A stretch of 64,000 bases of DNA from Squalus acanthias (lineage: Eukaryota), in assembly GCA_030390025.1 (NCBI GenBank), contig CM059432.1, positions 15,068,001-15,132,000 of the forward strand, read 5' to 3'. Positions 1 through 11,990 of the stretch are shown here, in pieces (positions within the stretch are counted from its first letter, which is position 1; each line of letters opens with the position of its first letter). A program made the translations under genes and the position numbers. Under the pieces are notes generated by a model, which did no database searches, was not told the origin of the DNA, and saw nothing but the letters and a program-made list of their open reading frames with translations.

Positions 1-137
1 TTTGAAAATTGGCTGCTAAAGAGCAATATTAACGGCATGGAGGGCGATCAGGAGAATAGAATTAGCCTAGGCAGCTCAAGCGGAGAAATCCAGAGATGGG
101 CCAAATGGCCTGTTTCTGTGCCATAAGATTCCATGAT
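1..137 (+). mobile_element. Degenerate CR1 LINE 3' end
   Basis: gatgggccaaatggcctgtttctgtgcc resembles the CR1 terminal hairpin seen in other copies in this window. Confidence 0.55.
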
Positions 138-1109
138 CAATCTACGTCTCGGCTCCCACATGATGAATGGCCACTTGAATAAGGTACTGGAGACAGTGAA
201 ACTACTTCAGCAAGGGTCACTGCCTTCCAAAGAGGAGGGGAAAAAAGTTTTAAAAATTGGGGAAAAAAATACACTTTAGAATATTTCCTGTGTGATAATT
301 CCTTGTTATCACACTGGTGCCATAAGATGGCTCCCACTCCGGTGTGATAACATAGCAATCAGAACTCTGACTCACTCCCCCTCTACTGCTGTAAATTCAC
401 CATGTTCAGTCACTTTACAGCAACAACTCCACACTTAGAGCCAAGTGAAGCGATAAAGGTGCCATTTCCCCCCCCCTCCCCCGCCATCCCCCTCCCCCCC
501 ACCACCAACCCAATTCAGCAGGCAAGAGTGAACTTTAAAAGATATTACAAATGTTTTGTGTTTTACAGTTAACTATTCGTGGCAACGCTTTGACTCACTG
601 GCAAAAACAATATTTGCCAAAATAATAGAGACGGCCCCACACATTTGACACTTAATCGAAACAGTAATTGAAGTGAGATGAACCAATCCAGAGGTGGCTC
701 CTCTGCCAGACTGATGCAGGACTATATGAAGAACAGTAATAGACCAACATGACCCCGGAGGTGCTGGAAGACTGAGGCACTCTGCTGGGCCGCACTAGGG
801 CACACAGACCAGGAAAGACCCCGGTTCATTTCAGTCGGTGCTCAGTGCACGGAGGTCAGCAGAAGGTCATGGTAGCAGTGCTAGAATTGACAAAGCCCCC
901 CTGGGCCAGAGAAGTCGAAAACCAGGCAGGATTTCTGCTCCTGATCATGTGCGTGTGTACACTTACGGTGAGAACAAGATCGGCCTCGCCTCTGATGCTT
1001 CCTACGAGAGAATACTCTGCCAACCAACTGCTTAGGGCTCGCAGATGAAGGCCGGCCACTTGAGTGAGTTATCAGAGGGTGTCTGGCAGCCATGGGATCA
1101 TACCCAGGA

Positions 1110-1566
1110 ATAGAAACATAGAAACATAGAAACTAGGAGCAGGAGTAGGCCATTCGGCCCGTCGAGCCTGCTCCACCATTCAATACGATCATGGCTGATC
1201 ATCCAAATCCAGTACCATGTCCCTGCTTTCTCACACAGAATCCCCATCGAGCCTGCACCGACACATATCCCACCCTATCCCCGTAACCCCACGTATTTAA
1301 TTCCCCCTAACATATCCCTTCCTATCCTATCCCCGTAACCCCACATATTTAATCCCCCCTAACACTAAGGGTCAATTTATCATAGCCAAATCAACCTAAC
1401 CTGCACATTTTTGGACTGTGGGAGGAAACCGGAGCACCCGGAGGAAACCCACGCAGACACGGGGAGAATGTGCAAACTCCACACAGACAGTCACCCGAGA
1501 CCAGATTCGAACCCGGGTCCCTGGCACTGTGAGGCACCAGTGCTAACCACTATGCCACCGTGTTGC
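1110..1566 (-). mobile_element. HE1-like V-SINE with CR1-type 3' tail
   Basis: Minus strand has a tRNA-like head (tggcatagtggttag; ggttcgaatc), the V-core gtggagtttgcacattctccccgtgtctgcgtgggtttcctccgggtgctccggtttcctcccacagtcc, a CR1-like tail and terminal (gtttctat)n. Confidence 0.85.
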
Positions 1567-3114
1567 ATGGAAGCAAGCCTCAGGAGGGAAGCAGTCGACA
1601 AAAAGAACAAAACCAGATTATTTACAGGATGTGATATCTAAAACCAGACTAGTGCGCCCCATCAGAGTGCATCAGTCGTACAGTTTCAAGGACTTCTGGC
1701 AGATCACTGGAGGACCCTACTGCGGTTCATCCTCTTCTCTGCGGTCCACCTCGGTCACATTGAACAAGGACGCCAGTCAGTGGCCTGTTTTTTGTGACGG
1801 CTGCACACAGACTCACAGTGCGACAGGAATCCCAGTGTTATCGGTCAATAATAACTGAGCCAACTCCCGTGTTGTGAACTCAATGCGGTTCCACAGCCCG
1901 TTAGGGAAAAGTAAAAATTTCAGATGGGCTAGGTTGTGGGAAGGAGATGAAAGGCATTAGTCGTGGGTGAGGTACAGCAAATTGGGCGTATCCGCATCAG
2001 CCGAGAACTAACGAGCGTGAAGCGGATTGAGTTTTATGCTCCGACAGCAGCACTTTTTGTCCGTGGCAGGCTGCAAGCAAAAAAAAAAAAAACTGCAAAA
2101 TCAGAAATGTTCTGCACACCCAGATGATCACGGAAGTGCTGGTTAAGAAAATTAGGTAACGGAAATTCTTCTGCCTCAGCTGCTTTTTCCCCTGACCAAG
2201 GGCACCCATTGTGCGCTGCAGCAGCTGTGATGGCTGATCGTTTCCTTTGCGTTTGCCCAAACTATACAGCCAATTACCAGCTTCGTGTAATCAACACCGG
2301 GCGGGGGGGCAAGAGAGGAGAAGCACACCGACGATGGCCAACAGTTCACGCAATGCCCCCTTTTAGCGTGGAGAGGGGGGTTTGGGGAAAGGGTGCCGCA
2401 ATTTACAAAGCACAACAGTTATAAAGTGTTAACAAAAAAGGGGGAGACAATTGCTCTTGAGTCTGGTATCCTAATATCTCCTTCTCAAACTAGTCCGGTG
2501 CAGCAGATGCCTGGAGCTGCCTCAGGCAAAGGAAGCTTAATGTTCTGTGACAAAGAAAAAACAAACCAGCACTTCCTCAGTGCCACCCACTGCCATGATT
2601 CGTGCTGCTATTTTTTTTTTTTACAGAAATACATTATTAACTATGTATTCGAGCTCTCTGTATTACACTTCAGTCATTATACAGCGTATTAACTTCTAAC
2701 AAAAACACTGCAAGACTGTAACTATAAATCAGAGCTTAGGTTATTTAATCCTGGTTCGTGTGGGACTGGGAGTACATGCCTATGATTTTGTTAAGATGGG
2801 GCTTGTTCACAGCTTTAATTGGTTCTGACTGACACCTCATGGTAAAGAGGTAGGATGAATGGGAAATCTCAAAATAGGAATCCATTTTGAAGCTCCCCTG
2901 ATGGCCTATTGAGGAAAGGCACTGACTGATGTGGTGCTGTGTCATGTAAAGCTACGGCCCAGTCTCTGTGGAGTTATCTGAGCTCCGCAGCGGCAGCGGC
3001 TAGGCCTGGTCAACTGGTCCTCAATGCCCTTTGGCATTGAGGGGGGGGGGGGGCGAAAATTAAACCAAGGGTCTCGCTCCTGATCACAGTCCTATAAGCC
3101 TTGTTAAAATGAGA

Positions 3115-3390
3115 TGCTAAACCAAGATGCTTCCCTCTCAGGTGGACGTAAAAGATCCCACGGCACTATTTCGAAGAAGAGGAGGGGAGTTGTCCCCGGT
3201 GTCATTTTAACATCGCTAAAACAGATTATCTGGCCATTATTACTTTGCTGTTTGTGGGAGCTTGCTGTGCGCAAATTGGCTGCCGCGTTTCCTACATTAC
3301 AACAATCTTCAAAAGTACTTCATTGGCTGTAAAGCGCTTTGCGACGTCCCGAGGTTGTGAAAGACGCTATATAAATGCAAGTCTTTTCTC
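3115..3390 (+). mobile_element. Partial Deu-core SINE (3' portion)
   Basis: ggtggacgtaaaagatccc...gctgtttgtgggagcttgctgtgcgcaaattggctgccgcgtttcc...gctatataaatgcaag, matching the fuller copies at 16686 and 47061. Confidence 0.75.
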
Positions 3391-3696
3391 TCTTGCCCGT
3401 TATTGAAAAGTGTTTAGGTGAGATCAGAATCAAGGGGCATGAAGAGCGTGACCAACTCATTGTTTAGGAACAAGCATGAAGAAGGTCCACTTGCCCAAGA
3501 TACTGAGGGCCGTCAGATCCCACGAAACTGTCCCCGACAAGCGTTGGTGCTTTCAGGAAGCTTGGGGAGGAAATTAGAAAAATATACAGTGTGACTGCTT
3601 AGCAAGGAGATAGGATAAATGGGGAAGACTTTGAATAGCAATCCATTTTCTAGAGTTGTTACGACTTTCACAAATACACATCATGGAAAGATCTGA

Positions 3697-3894
3697 GGCG
3701 GTGAAGTTCAACTTCCGATGGGGGGCGCAAAACGGACGCCAGTGCATTGGCCGCACATTATACACCTCACTCGATTTTTCTTTCCATTACAGTCGACGGA
3801 CGGGAAAACCAGCCGGGGTGTATAACGGGCAGGAGATTCGCTACCACCCGTTTTGCGCCCCGCCACCACCCCACCAAGTTGATATTTCAGCCCC
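3697..3894. mobile_element. Small MITE-like element
   Basis: Imperfect outer inverted repeats (ggcggtgaagttcaactt / aagttgatatttcagcccc) and inner ggggcgcaaaacgg / ccgttttgcgcccc. Confidence 0.55.
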
Positions 3895-4344
3895 CTGGAA
3901 TAGTACACAAGTAAAGAATGGGTGGCAAACAGTTAAAGTAATATCTTAAATCTGGGATGAGATCAGCTTTTGGGAAATGGGAGGGGGTGGAGCTCAATTC
4001 GCAAGACAGATGCAGTAAGACACACTCAGACAACTGCACCATCTTACCGTACATATCCCAGCTCTCGCTCATTGATGTTTCTTGGTAAATCCAGAGGGGC
4101 TGCAGCATTTTCTGCGAGAATAGTAAACCAGTTTACCCGTGCCACCCCAATTAGCTATGTAGAAAATCACTTCCTTTCCACATTAAGTATTTTTATATAA
4201 GGAGGCATGAAATTTGAGCAGTTTCACTGCAGATTTCAGATGAAAGATTAAACCCAACAAATTTGAATATGAATTATTTTTGTGCAATATGGAAAAGAAA
4301 AGCATACCAGTCAGAATCTTATAAAATCAGACATTTTTACTGTA

Positions 4345-5340
4345 GTTAAAGCTAACAAGTTACTGAGCTATATTAATAGAACCATTCAGTATAAATCAAA
4401 GGACACCATTTTGAGACTGTACAGGTCGCTGGTCAGACCGCATCTAGAGTATTGTGCCAGGTTTTGGTCCCCTCACATGGTTGGTGATATAGTGGCCTCA
4501 GAAAAGGGCCAGAGGAGAGCTACAAGAATGGTTCCTAGTTTAAAGAACATCAGCTACTCAGATAGGCTCAAGGACCTTGGTCTATTCACTTTAGAGCAGT
4601 GTAGACTTAGAGGTGACCTGATAGAGGCCTATAAAATAATTAAAGGGATGGAGAGTGTTCCTGTTGATAGATTATTCCAGGTTAACAGATTAGGGAGGAT
4701 AGATTATTCCAGGTTAACAGATTAGGGAGGATAGATTATTCCAGGTTAACAGATTAGGGAGGACCAGTGGACATGAGTTTAAACCATGAGTTCTGACGAA
4801 AGGTCATCGACCTGAAACGTTAACTCTCTTTCTCTCTCCACGGATGTTGTCTGGCCTGCTGAGTTTTTCCAGCGTTTTCTGTTGTTATTTATGAGTTTAA
4901 ACTATGTAAGAGTAGGAATAGACTGGCTGTTAGGTGGTTCTTCTTCTCCCAGAGAGTTGTGAGCCTCTGGAATACACTGCCGGCTGGTGCAGTGGATGCT
5001 GACTCTCTGTACACCTTCAAGAAGAAAATGGACCGGTTTCTGACTGGGGTAGAGATCACGTCATATGAAAGGCAAGTCTCTTTATAGTTAATACTTGGTT
5101 CATGTAATCTCCTGGACTGGTTTGGATCGCCTAAGGGGGTCGGAGAGGAATTTTACCGTTTTTTTTTTCCCTTTTTGGCCCTGGGTTTTTTCGCCTCTCC
5201 CGGGTGATTACAGGTGTGTGAGGTGCAGGGGAGTCAGGGGAGGGAAGCAGTGTTTAGCCATGATGGTCCAGCCGTCGTGTTGTGGGGTAGGCTTGACCGA
5301 CCAGCTGGTCCTTTGCTGCCTGACATTTTTGTATGTCCTT
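4345..5340 (+). mobile_element. 5'-truncated CR1 LINE (ORF2 C-terminus plus long 3' UTR), interrupted by a Penelope-like insert
   Basis: LYRSLVRPHLEYC...LGLFTLEQCRLRGDLIEAYKI; the 3' UTR is similar to the minus copy at 12270-13025. Confidence 0.85.
4785..4890 (+). mobile_element. Penelope-like terminal-repeat fragment with minimal hammerhead ribozyme
   Basis: GAGTT-CTGACGA-A-AGGTC(atc)GACCT-GAAA-CG-TT-AACTC at 4788-4826; flanking direct repeat ATGAGTTTAAAC at 4773-4784 and 4891-4902. Confidence 0.8.
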
Positions 5341-5675
5341 AAATGGTGGCCATTTGGCCCATTGCACCTATACTGTCTCTCTAAAAGAGATACTTACTGA
5401 GTCATTCCCAGCACTTTTACGACAACTTTCTTTCTCTTTTTCAAATATTCATGCACCTACTTTTAAAAGTTAATATGGATTCTGTTTCCACTACTCTTTC
5501 TGGTTGGGCATTCCATGTCCTAACAACCCTCTGCCTAAAAGTAAAATTCCACTAACCCCTTCCTTCCTTCTTTTTGTGATGATCTTAAATTGAGTTACCA
5601 ACTCAACAGCCAGAAGAAGTAACTTTCCCCTCAATAATTAAATCAAAACCCCTTAATAATTGTGAACACCTCTCA

Positions 5676-6293
5676 TCAACAACAACAACAATTTGTATTT
5701 ATATAGCGCCTTTAACGTAGTAAAACGTCCCAAGGCGCTTCACAGGAGTGTTACAAGACAAAAAAATTGACACCGAGCCACATAAGAAATTAGGGCAGGT
5801 GACCAAAAACTTGGTCAAAGAGGTAGGTTTTAAGGAGCGTCTTAAAGGAGGAAAGAGAGGTAGAGAGGCGGAGAGGTTTAGGGAGGGAGTTCCAGCTGAA
5901 AGCAAGGCCACCGATGGTTGAGCGATTATAATCAGGGATGCTCAAAAGGGCAGAATTAGAGGAGCGCAGATACCTCGGGGGGTCGTGGGGCTGAAGGAGA
6001 TTACAGAGATAGGGAGGGGCGAGGCCATGGAAGGATTTGAAAACAAGGATGAGAATTTTGAAATCGAGGCGCTGCTTAACCGGGAGCCAATGTAGGTCAA
6101 TGAGCATGGGGGTGATGGGCGAACGGGACTTGGTGCGAGTTAGGACACGGGCAGCCGAGTTTTGGATGACCTCAAGTTTACGTAGGATGGAATGTGGGAG
6201 GCCAGCCAGGAGCGCGTTGGAATAGTCAAGTCTAGAGGTAACAAAGGCATGGATGAGGGTTTCAGCAGTAGATGAGCTGAGGCAGGGGCTCAT
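5676..6293 (-). mobile_element. L2-clade LINE 3' fragment
   Basis: ETLIHAFVTSRLDYSNALLAGLP...LHWLPVKQRLDFKILILVFK, ending in an (ttg)n tail. Confidence 0.9.
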
Positions 6294-6436
6294 CGTAGTG
6301 TCAGAACCTTCTCTGTTCTGAAGAGCAGCAGTCTCTTTCGTTTGTCCTCATAACTAAAGCTCTTATCTTTGATGATATAGAGAATGTCTTCTGTATTCTC
6401 TCTATGGCCTTAACATTCTTCCTAATGTATGACATT

Positions 6437-6801
6437 CCAACAACAACAACTTGCATTTATATAGCGACTTTAAAGTAGTAAAATCTCCCAACACATTTCA
6501 CAGGAGTGTTATCAGACAAAATTTGACACCGAGCCACATAAGGAGATATTAGGATAGGTGACCAAAAGCCTGGTCAAAGAGGTAGGCTTAAAGGAGTGTC
6601 TTAAAGGAGGAGAGGTAGAGAGGTGGAGAGGTTTAGGGAGGGAATTCCAGAGCTTAGGGCCTAGGCAGCTAGAGGCGCCAATGGTGGAGCGATGAAAATC
6701 GGGGATGCGCAAGAGGCCAAAACTGGAGGAGCGCAGAGATCTCGGTGGCTTATACGGCTGGAGGAGGTTACGGAGATAGGGAGGAGCGAGGCCATGGAGG
6801 G
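6437..6801 (-). mobile_element. L2-clade LINE 3' fragment
   Basis: Near copy of 5676-6040 with the same (ttg)n tail. Confidence 0.85.
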
Positions 6802-7104
6802 TCTAACGATTTGTATACTCTCTACCTCTCTTTATATTACGTAGAATCCCAAAAGCTTTATTAACTTATCCTTCCACTTTTAAAGTTTTTATGTATCTGA
6901 ACCCCTTATTCCTTTTTCTCCTGTACTCCTTTTCCTCAAAATGGACCAGGCCTCCTGTTGTCAAGATTTGGTGCTCCGTCGACTGGTTGCCCGAGAGTTA
7001 AAAGATACCCCACTGATTTATGAGGTAAGATTCCACCAATGCTGGTTGCCATTCGAGAACTTAACCAAACACTTGGACAATGATTGCTGGTGGGCTATGC
7101 AACC

Positions 7105-7290
7105 AAGATTATCTGGTCCTTATCACATTGCTGTTTGTGGGAGCTTGCTGTGCGCAAATTGGCTGCCGCGTTTCCTACATTGCAACAGTGACTCCACTTC
7201 AAAATGTACTTAAGTTGGCTGTAAAGCGCTTTAGGACATCCTAAGGTTGTGAAAGGCGCTATAGAAATGCAAGAATTTCTTTCTTTCTTG
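7105..7290 (+). mobile_element. Deu-core SINE 3' fragment
   Basis: attgctgtttgtgggagcttgctgtgcgcaaattggctgccgcg...ggcgctatagaaatgcaag. Confidence 0.7.
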
Positions 7291-8484
7291 TGGATATGAT
7301 GGTTTTGGCCACACCCGATGTCTACATATGCCCCATTTCCAGCCGTTTACTGGTCACTGATCCACCGGGGAAATTCTAGCAGGAATGCTGCACAGACTGG
7401 GGATCAAATCCGGAACTTTTCCTGGTTTCCGTGACTCCGTTCCACACTGGGCAGTGCAGTTACCAACGAGACCCATCAAGGGAAGCAACCAAATTTCAAA
7501 AAACAGAATCCACTTTGTCCACACGCACAGCACCGTAAAGAACACTACTTATACAACACAAGGGGAGTTTTAGAACCCTCTCTGAGCGCAGCGACGGAAG
7601 CAAATTGCAAAGCCGTCACGCAGACGTTTCTGTAAACATTAAGCTGAAAATTTCAATTCACACGACAGCCTTGAAATAGTCTGCACATCCACATGCTAAC
7701 TACCCCTGTGGGAGAAATACGCTCCATTCTGCAGGTGACATACGAGAGCGATGAGCCACTTTTTTACACCCACAAAGGCATCTGTATGACCAGCCACGGG
7801 CTCAATCTTTCCTTTCACAAAAGGTGCAAAATTAAACGGAAAGAAATTTTAAAAGTTATCGGTCCAGTGAGCTGCGATTTTTTTTCATTTGGCTTGAAAG
7901 CATTAATGTGTCAGTATTGGATCATTCCTTACCTAACTGACTGGGGTTAGTGTCGGTCGGTTGTAGACTTTACTGGGAGTCACATATGAATTTTTATGCC
8001 CTCTGAGCTTTCAGATCTGGCGGCTAGTCGGCTGATCAACAGAATATCCGCAGCAGGCTGCCTGAAAGGAGACAATCTTTGCTGTTCAGTGAACTGATGA
8101 AAACCAGTTTTGGAGATGAACCCCAGAAAAAAAAAGTGAGGGCCTCTGACATGTAATCCTTTCTAAAGCTAAAGGAAAGTCTGCAGGAGCATTCGAATGA
8201 GCTCCGCAACTGACACAATCCCTTCAAATGTGTAGTACCAAGAAATGAATGCGACTTTATGTGCGGGCAAATAGTCAAGAGAGTGCCCGGCATTTGTTTT
8301 CCACAGTAACGTGACCTCTGGCAGTGCCCACAGATCTGTTGCACCAGGGCTGCATACTAATGTCATCCACACAGAGCCATTTTCCACACTTATATCCAAA
8401 GGAAAGATTTTGAGAGATTGCGTTGGAACCTGTTTCAGACAAATCCCTGTCAAAGTCACATTTTTATCCAAGTTAACCGGGAAC

Positions 8485-11400
8485 GGTAGCACAGTGGTAA
8501 TGTCACTGGGCTAGTAATCCAGAGGCCCGGACTAATGATCCAGGGACGTGAGTTCAAATCCCACCACAGCAGCTGGGGAATTTAAATTCTATTAATTAAA
8601 TAAATCTGGAATAAAAAGCTAGTATCAGTCATGGTCACCATGAAACTATCGGATCCTTTAGGGAAGGACATTAGTGAACCAGATGGGTTTTTATCATTAC
8701 CCGGTCTGGTCTATATGTGACTCCAGACCCACAGCAATGTGGTTGACCCTTAATGGCCTAGCAAGCCACTCAGTTGTAACAAACCGCTAAGAGAAACAAT
8801 AAGAATGAAACCGGACGGACCACCCGGCATCGACCTCAGCACCGGCTACGGACATGACAACGGCACACCCAGCCCAGTCAACCCTGCAAAGTCCTCCTCA
8901 CCAACATCTGGGGACTTGCGCCAAAATTGGGAGAGCTGTCCCACAGACTAGACAAGCAACAGCCTGACATAGTCATACTCACAGAATCATACCTTTCAGC
9001 CAATGTCGCAAACTCCTCCATCACCATCCCTGGGTATGTCCTGTCCCACCAGCAGGACAGACCCACCAGGGGTGGCGGCACAGTGGTATACAGTCGGGAA
9101 GGAGTGGCCCTGGGAGTCCTCAACATTGACTCCGGACCCCATGAAGTCTCATGGCTTCAAGTCAAGCATGGGCAAGGAAACTTCTTACTGATTACCATCG
9201 ACCGCCCTCCCTCAGCTGATGAATCAGTACTCCTCCATGTTGAACACCACTTGGAAGAAGCACTGAGGGTAGCAAGGGCACAGAATGTACTCTGGGTGGG
9301 GGACTTCAATGTCCATCACCAAGAGTGGTTCGGTAGCACCACTACTGACCGAGCTGGCCGAGGCCTGAAGGATATAGCTGCCAGTCTGGGCCTGCGAAAG
9401 GTAGTGAGAGAACCAACTTGAGGGAAAAACCTACTTGACCTCGTCCTCACCAATCTACCTGTCGCAGATGCATCTGTCCATGACAGTATTGGTAGCAGTG
9501 ACCACCGCACAGACATTGTGGAGATGAAGTCCCATCTTCACACTGAGGACACCCTCCATCGTGTTGTGTGGCACTACCACCGTGCTAAATGGGATAGATT
9601 CAGAACAGATCTAGCAACTCAAAACTGGGCACCCATGAGGCACTGTGGGCCATCAGCAGCAGCAGAATAGTATTCCACCACAATCTGTAACCTCATGGCC
9701 TGGCATATCCCTTACTCTACCATTACCATCAAGCCAGGTTCAATACCCTGGTTCAATAAGGAGTGTAGAAGAGCATGCCAGGAGCAGCAGCAGGTGTACC
9801 TAAAAATGCGGTGCCAGCCTGGGGAAGCTGCAACACAGGACTACATGCATGCTATAAAGCGGAAGCAGCATGCTATAGACAGACCTAAGCAATCCCACAA
9901 TCAACGGATCAAATCAAAGCTCTGCAGTCCTGCCAAATCCAGTCATGAATGGTGGTGAACCACTAAACAACTACTCTTGGGAGGAGGAGGCTCCATGAAT
10001 ATCCCCATCCTCAATGATGGAGGAGCCTAGCACGTGAGTGCAAAAGACAAAGCTGAAGCTTTTGCAACCATCTTCAGCCAGAAGTGCCGAATGGATGATC
10101 CATATTGGCCTACTCCGGAGGTCCCCACCACCACAGAGGCCAGTCTTCAGCAAATTCGATTCACTCCACGTGATATCAAGAAACGGCTGAGCGCACTAGA
10201 TACAGCAAAGGCTATGGGCCCTGACAACATCCCAGTTATCATGCTGAAGACTTGTGCTCCAGAACTGGCCGCGCCTCTAGCCAAGCTGTTCCAGTACAGC
10301 TATAACACTGACATCTATCCGACAATGTGGAAAACTGCCCAGGTATGTCTTGTCCACAAAAAGCAGGACAAATTCAATGTGGCCAATTACCGCCCCATCA
10401 GTCTACTCTCAATCATCAGCAAAGTGATGGAAGGTGTCATCGACAGTGCTATCAAGCGGCATTTACTCACCAATAACCTGCTCACTGATGCCCAGTTTGG
10501 GTTCCGCCAGGACCACTCGGCTCCCGACCTCATTACAGCCTTGGTCCAAACATGGACAAAAGAGCTGAATTCCAGAGGTGAGGTGAGAGTGACTGCCCTT
10601 GACATCAAGGCAGCATTTGACCGAGTGTGGCATGAAGGAGCCCTAGTAAAACTGAAGTCAATGGGAATCGGGGGGAAAACTCTACACTGGCTGGAGTCAT
10701 ACCTAGCACAAAGGAAGATGGTTGTGGTGGTTGGAGGTCAATCACCACAGCCCCAGGACATCGCTGTAGGAGTTCCTCAGGGCAGTGTCCTAGGCCCAGC
10801 CATCTTCAGCTGCTTCATCAATGACCTTCCCTCCATAAGGTCAGAAGTGGGGATGTTCACTGATGACTGCACAGTGTTCAGTGCCATTCGCAACTCCTCA
10901 GATAATGAAGCAGACCATGCCCCACATGCAGGAAGACTTGGACGACGTTCAGGTTTGGGCTGATAAGTGGCAGGTAACATTTGCGCCACAGAAGTGCCAG
11001 GCAATGACTATCTCCAACAAGCGAGAGTCTAACCACCTCCCCATGACATTCAACGGCATTGCCATTGCCGCAACCCCCATCAACATCATCCTGGGGGTCA
11101 CCATTGAGCAGAAACTTAACTGGACTAGCCACATAAATACTGTGGCAACAAGAGCAGGTCAGAGGCTAGGTACTCTGCGGCCAGTGTCTCACCTCCTGAC
11201 TCCCCAAAGCCTTTCCACCATCTACAAGGCACAAGTCAGGAGTGTGATGGAATACTCTCCACTTGCCTGGATGAGTGCAGCTCCAACAACACTCAAGAAG
11301 CTCGACACCATCCAAGACAAAGCAGCCCGCTTGATTGGCACCCCATCCACCACCTTAAACATTCACTCCCTCCACCACCGGCGCACCGTGGCTGCAGTGT

Positions 11401-11761
11401 GTACCATCTACAAGATGCACTGCAGCAACTCGCCATGGCTTCTTCGACAGCACCTCCCAAACCCACGACCTCTACCACCTAGAAGGACAAGGGCAGCAGG
11501 CGCATGGGAACACCACCACCTCCAAGTTCCCCTCCAAGTCACACACCATCCTGAGTAGGAAATATATCGCCGTTCCTTACTCATCACTGGGTCAAATTCC
11601 TGGAACTCCCTCCCTAACAGCACTGCGGGAGTACCTTCACCACACGGACTGCAGCGGTTCAAGAAGGCGGCTCACCACCACCTTCTCGAGGGCAATTAGG
11701 GATGGGCAATAAATGCTGGCCTTGCCAGCGACGCCCACATCCCATGAGTGAATAAAAAAAA
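8485..11761 (+). mobile_element. Near full-length, inactivated single-ORF non-LTR retrotransposon (APE endonuclease + RT, CR1-group-like) with a tRNA-like 5' head
   Basis: EN motifs NIWGL, DIVILTES, GDFN, SDH; RT motifs YRPISLLS, DIKAAFD, PQGSVLGP, FTDD; in-frame stops and frameshifts; 3' AATAAA then an A-tail; A-box-like 8487-8497 and B-box-like 8550-8562. Confidence 0.9.
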
Positions 11762-11849
11762 TCAACTCGGGATGAACCTCCGAGCTTTGGTTCGGGAAAG
11801 AATTTGTGCGTTTTTATTTCCCCAATTTTTATCCCTCCTCTCCTGAGGT

Positions 11850-11990
11850 TGATCAGATTTTTGATAAGCAATCGTATTAAGGGTTACGGAACCAAGGTGA
11901 ATAGATGGGAGTTACGATACAGATCAGCCATGACCTAATTGAATGGTGGAACATGCTCGAGGGGCTGAATGGCCTCCTCCTGTTCCTATG
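11850..11990 (+). mobile_element. CR1 3' end fragment
   Basis: gatcagccatga...ctcgaggggctgaatggcctcctcctgttcctatg. Confidence 0.75.

Noticed and set aside
467..510. C-run/G-run tracts as functional G-quadruplexes (also 3041-3053, 13821-13845)
   Set aside because: Short low-complexity runs common in such genomes, with no supporting context.
8927..11558. Active retrotransposon or host RT gene (also 21298-22875 and 29223-30686)
   Set aside because: All have in-frame stops, frameshifts or truncations.
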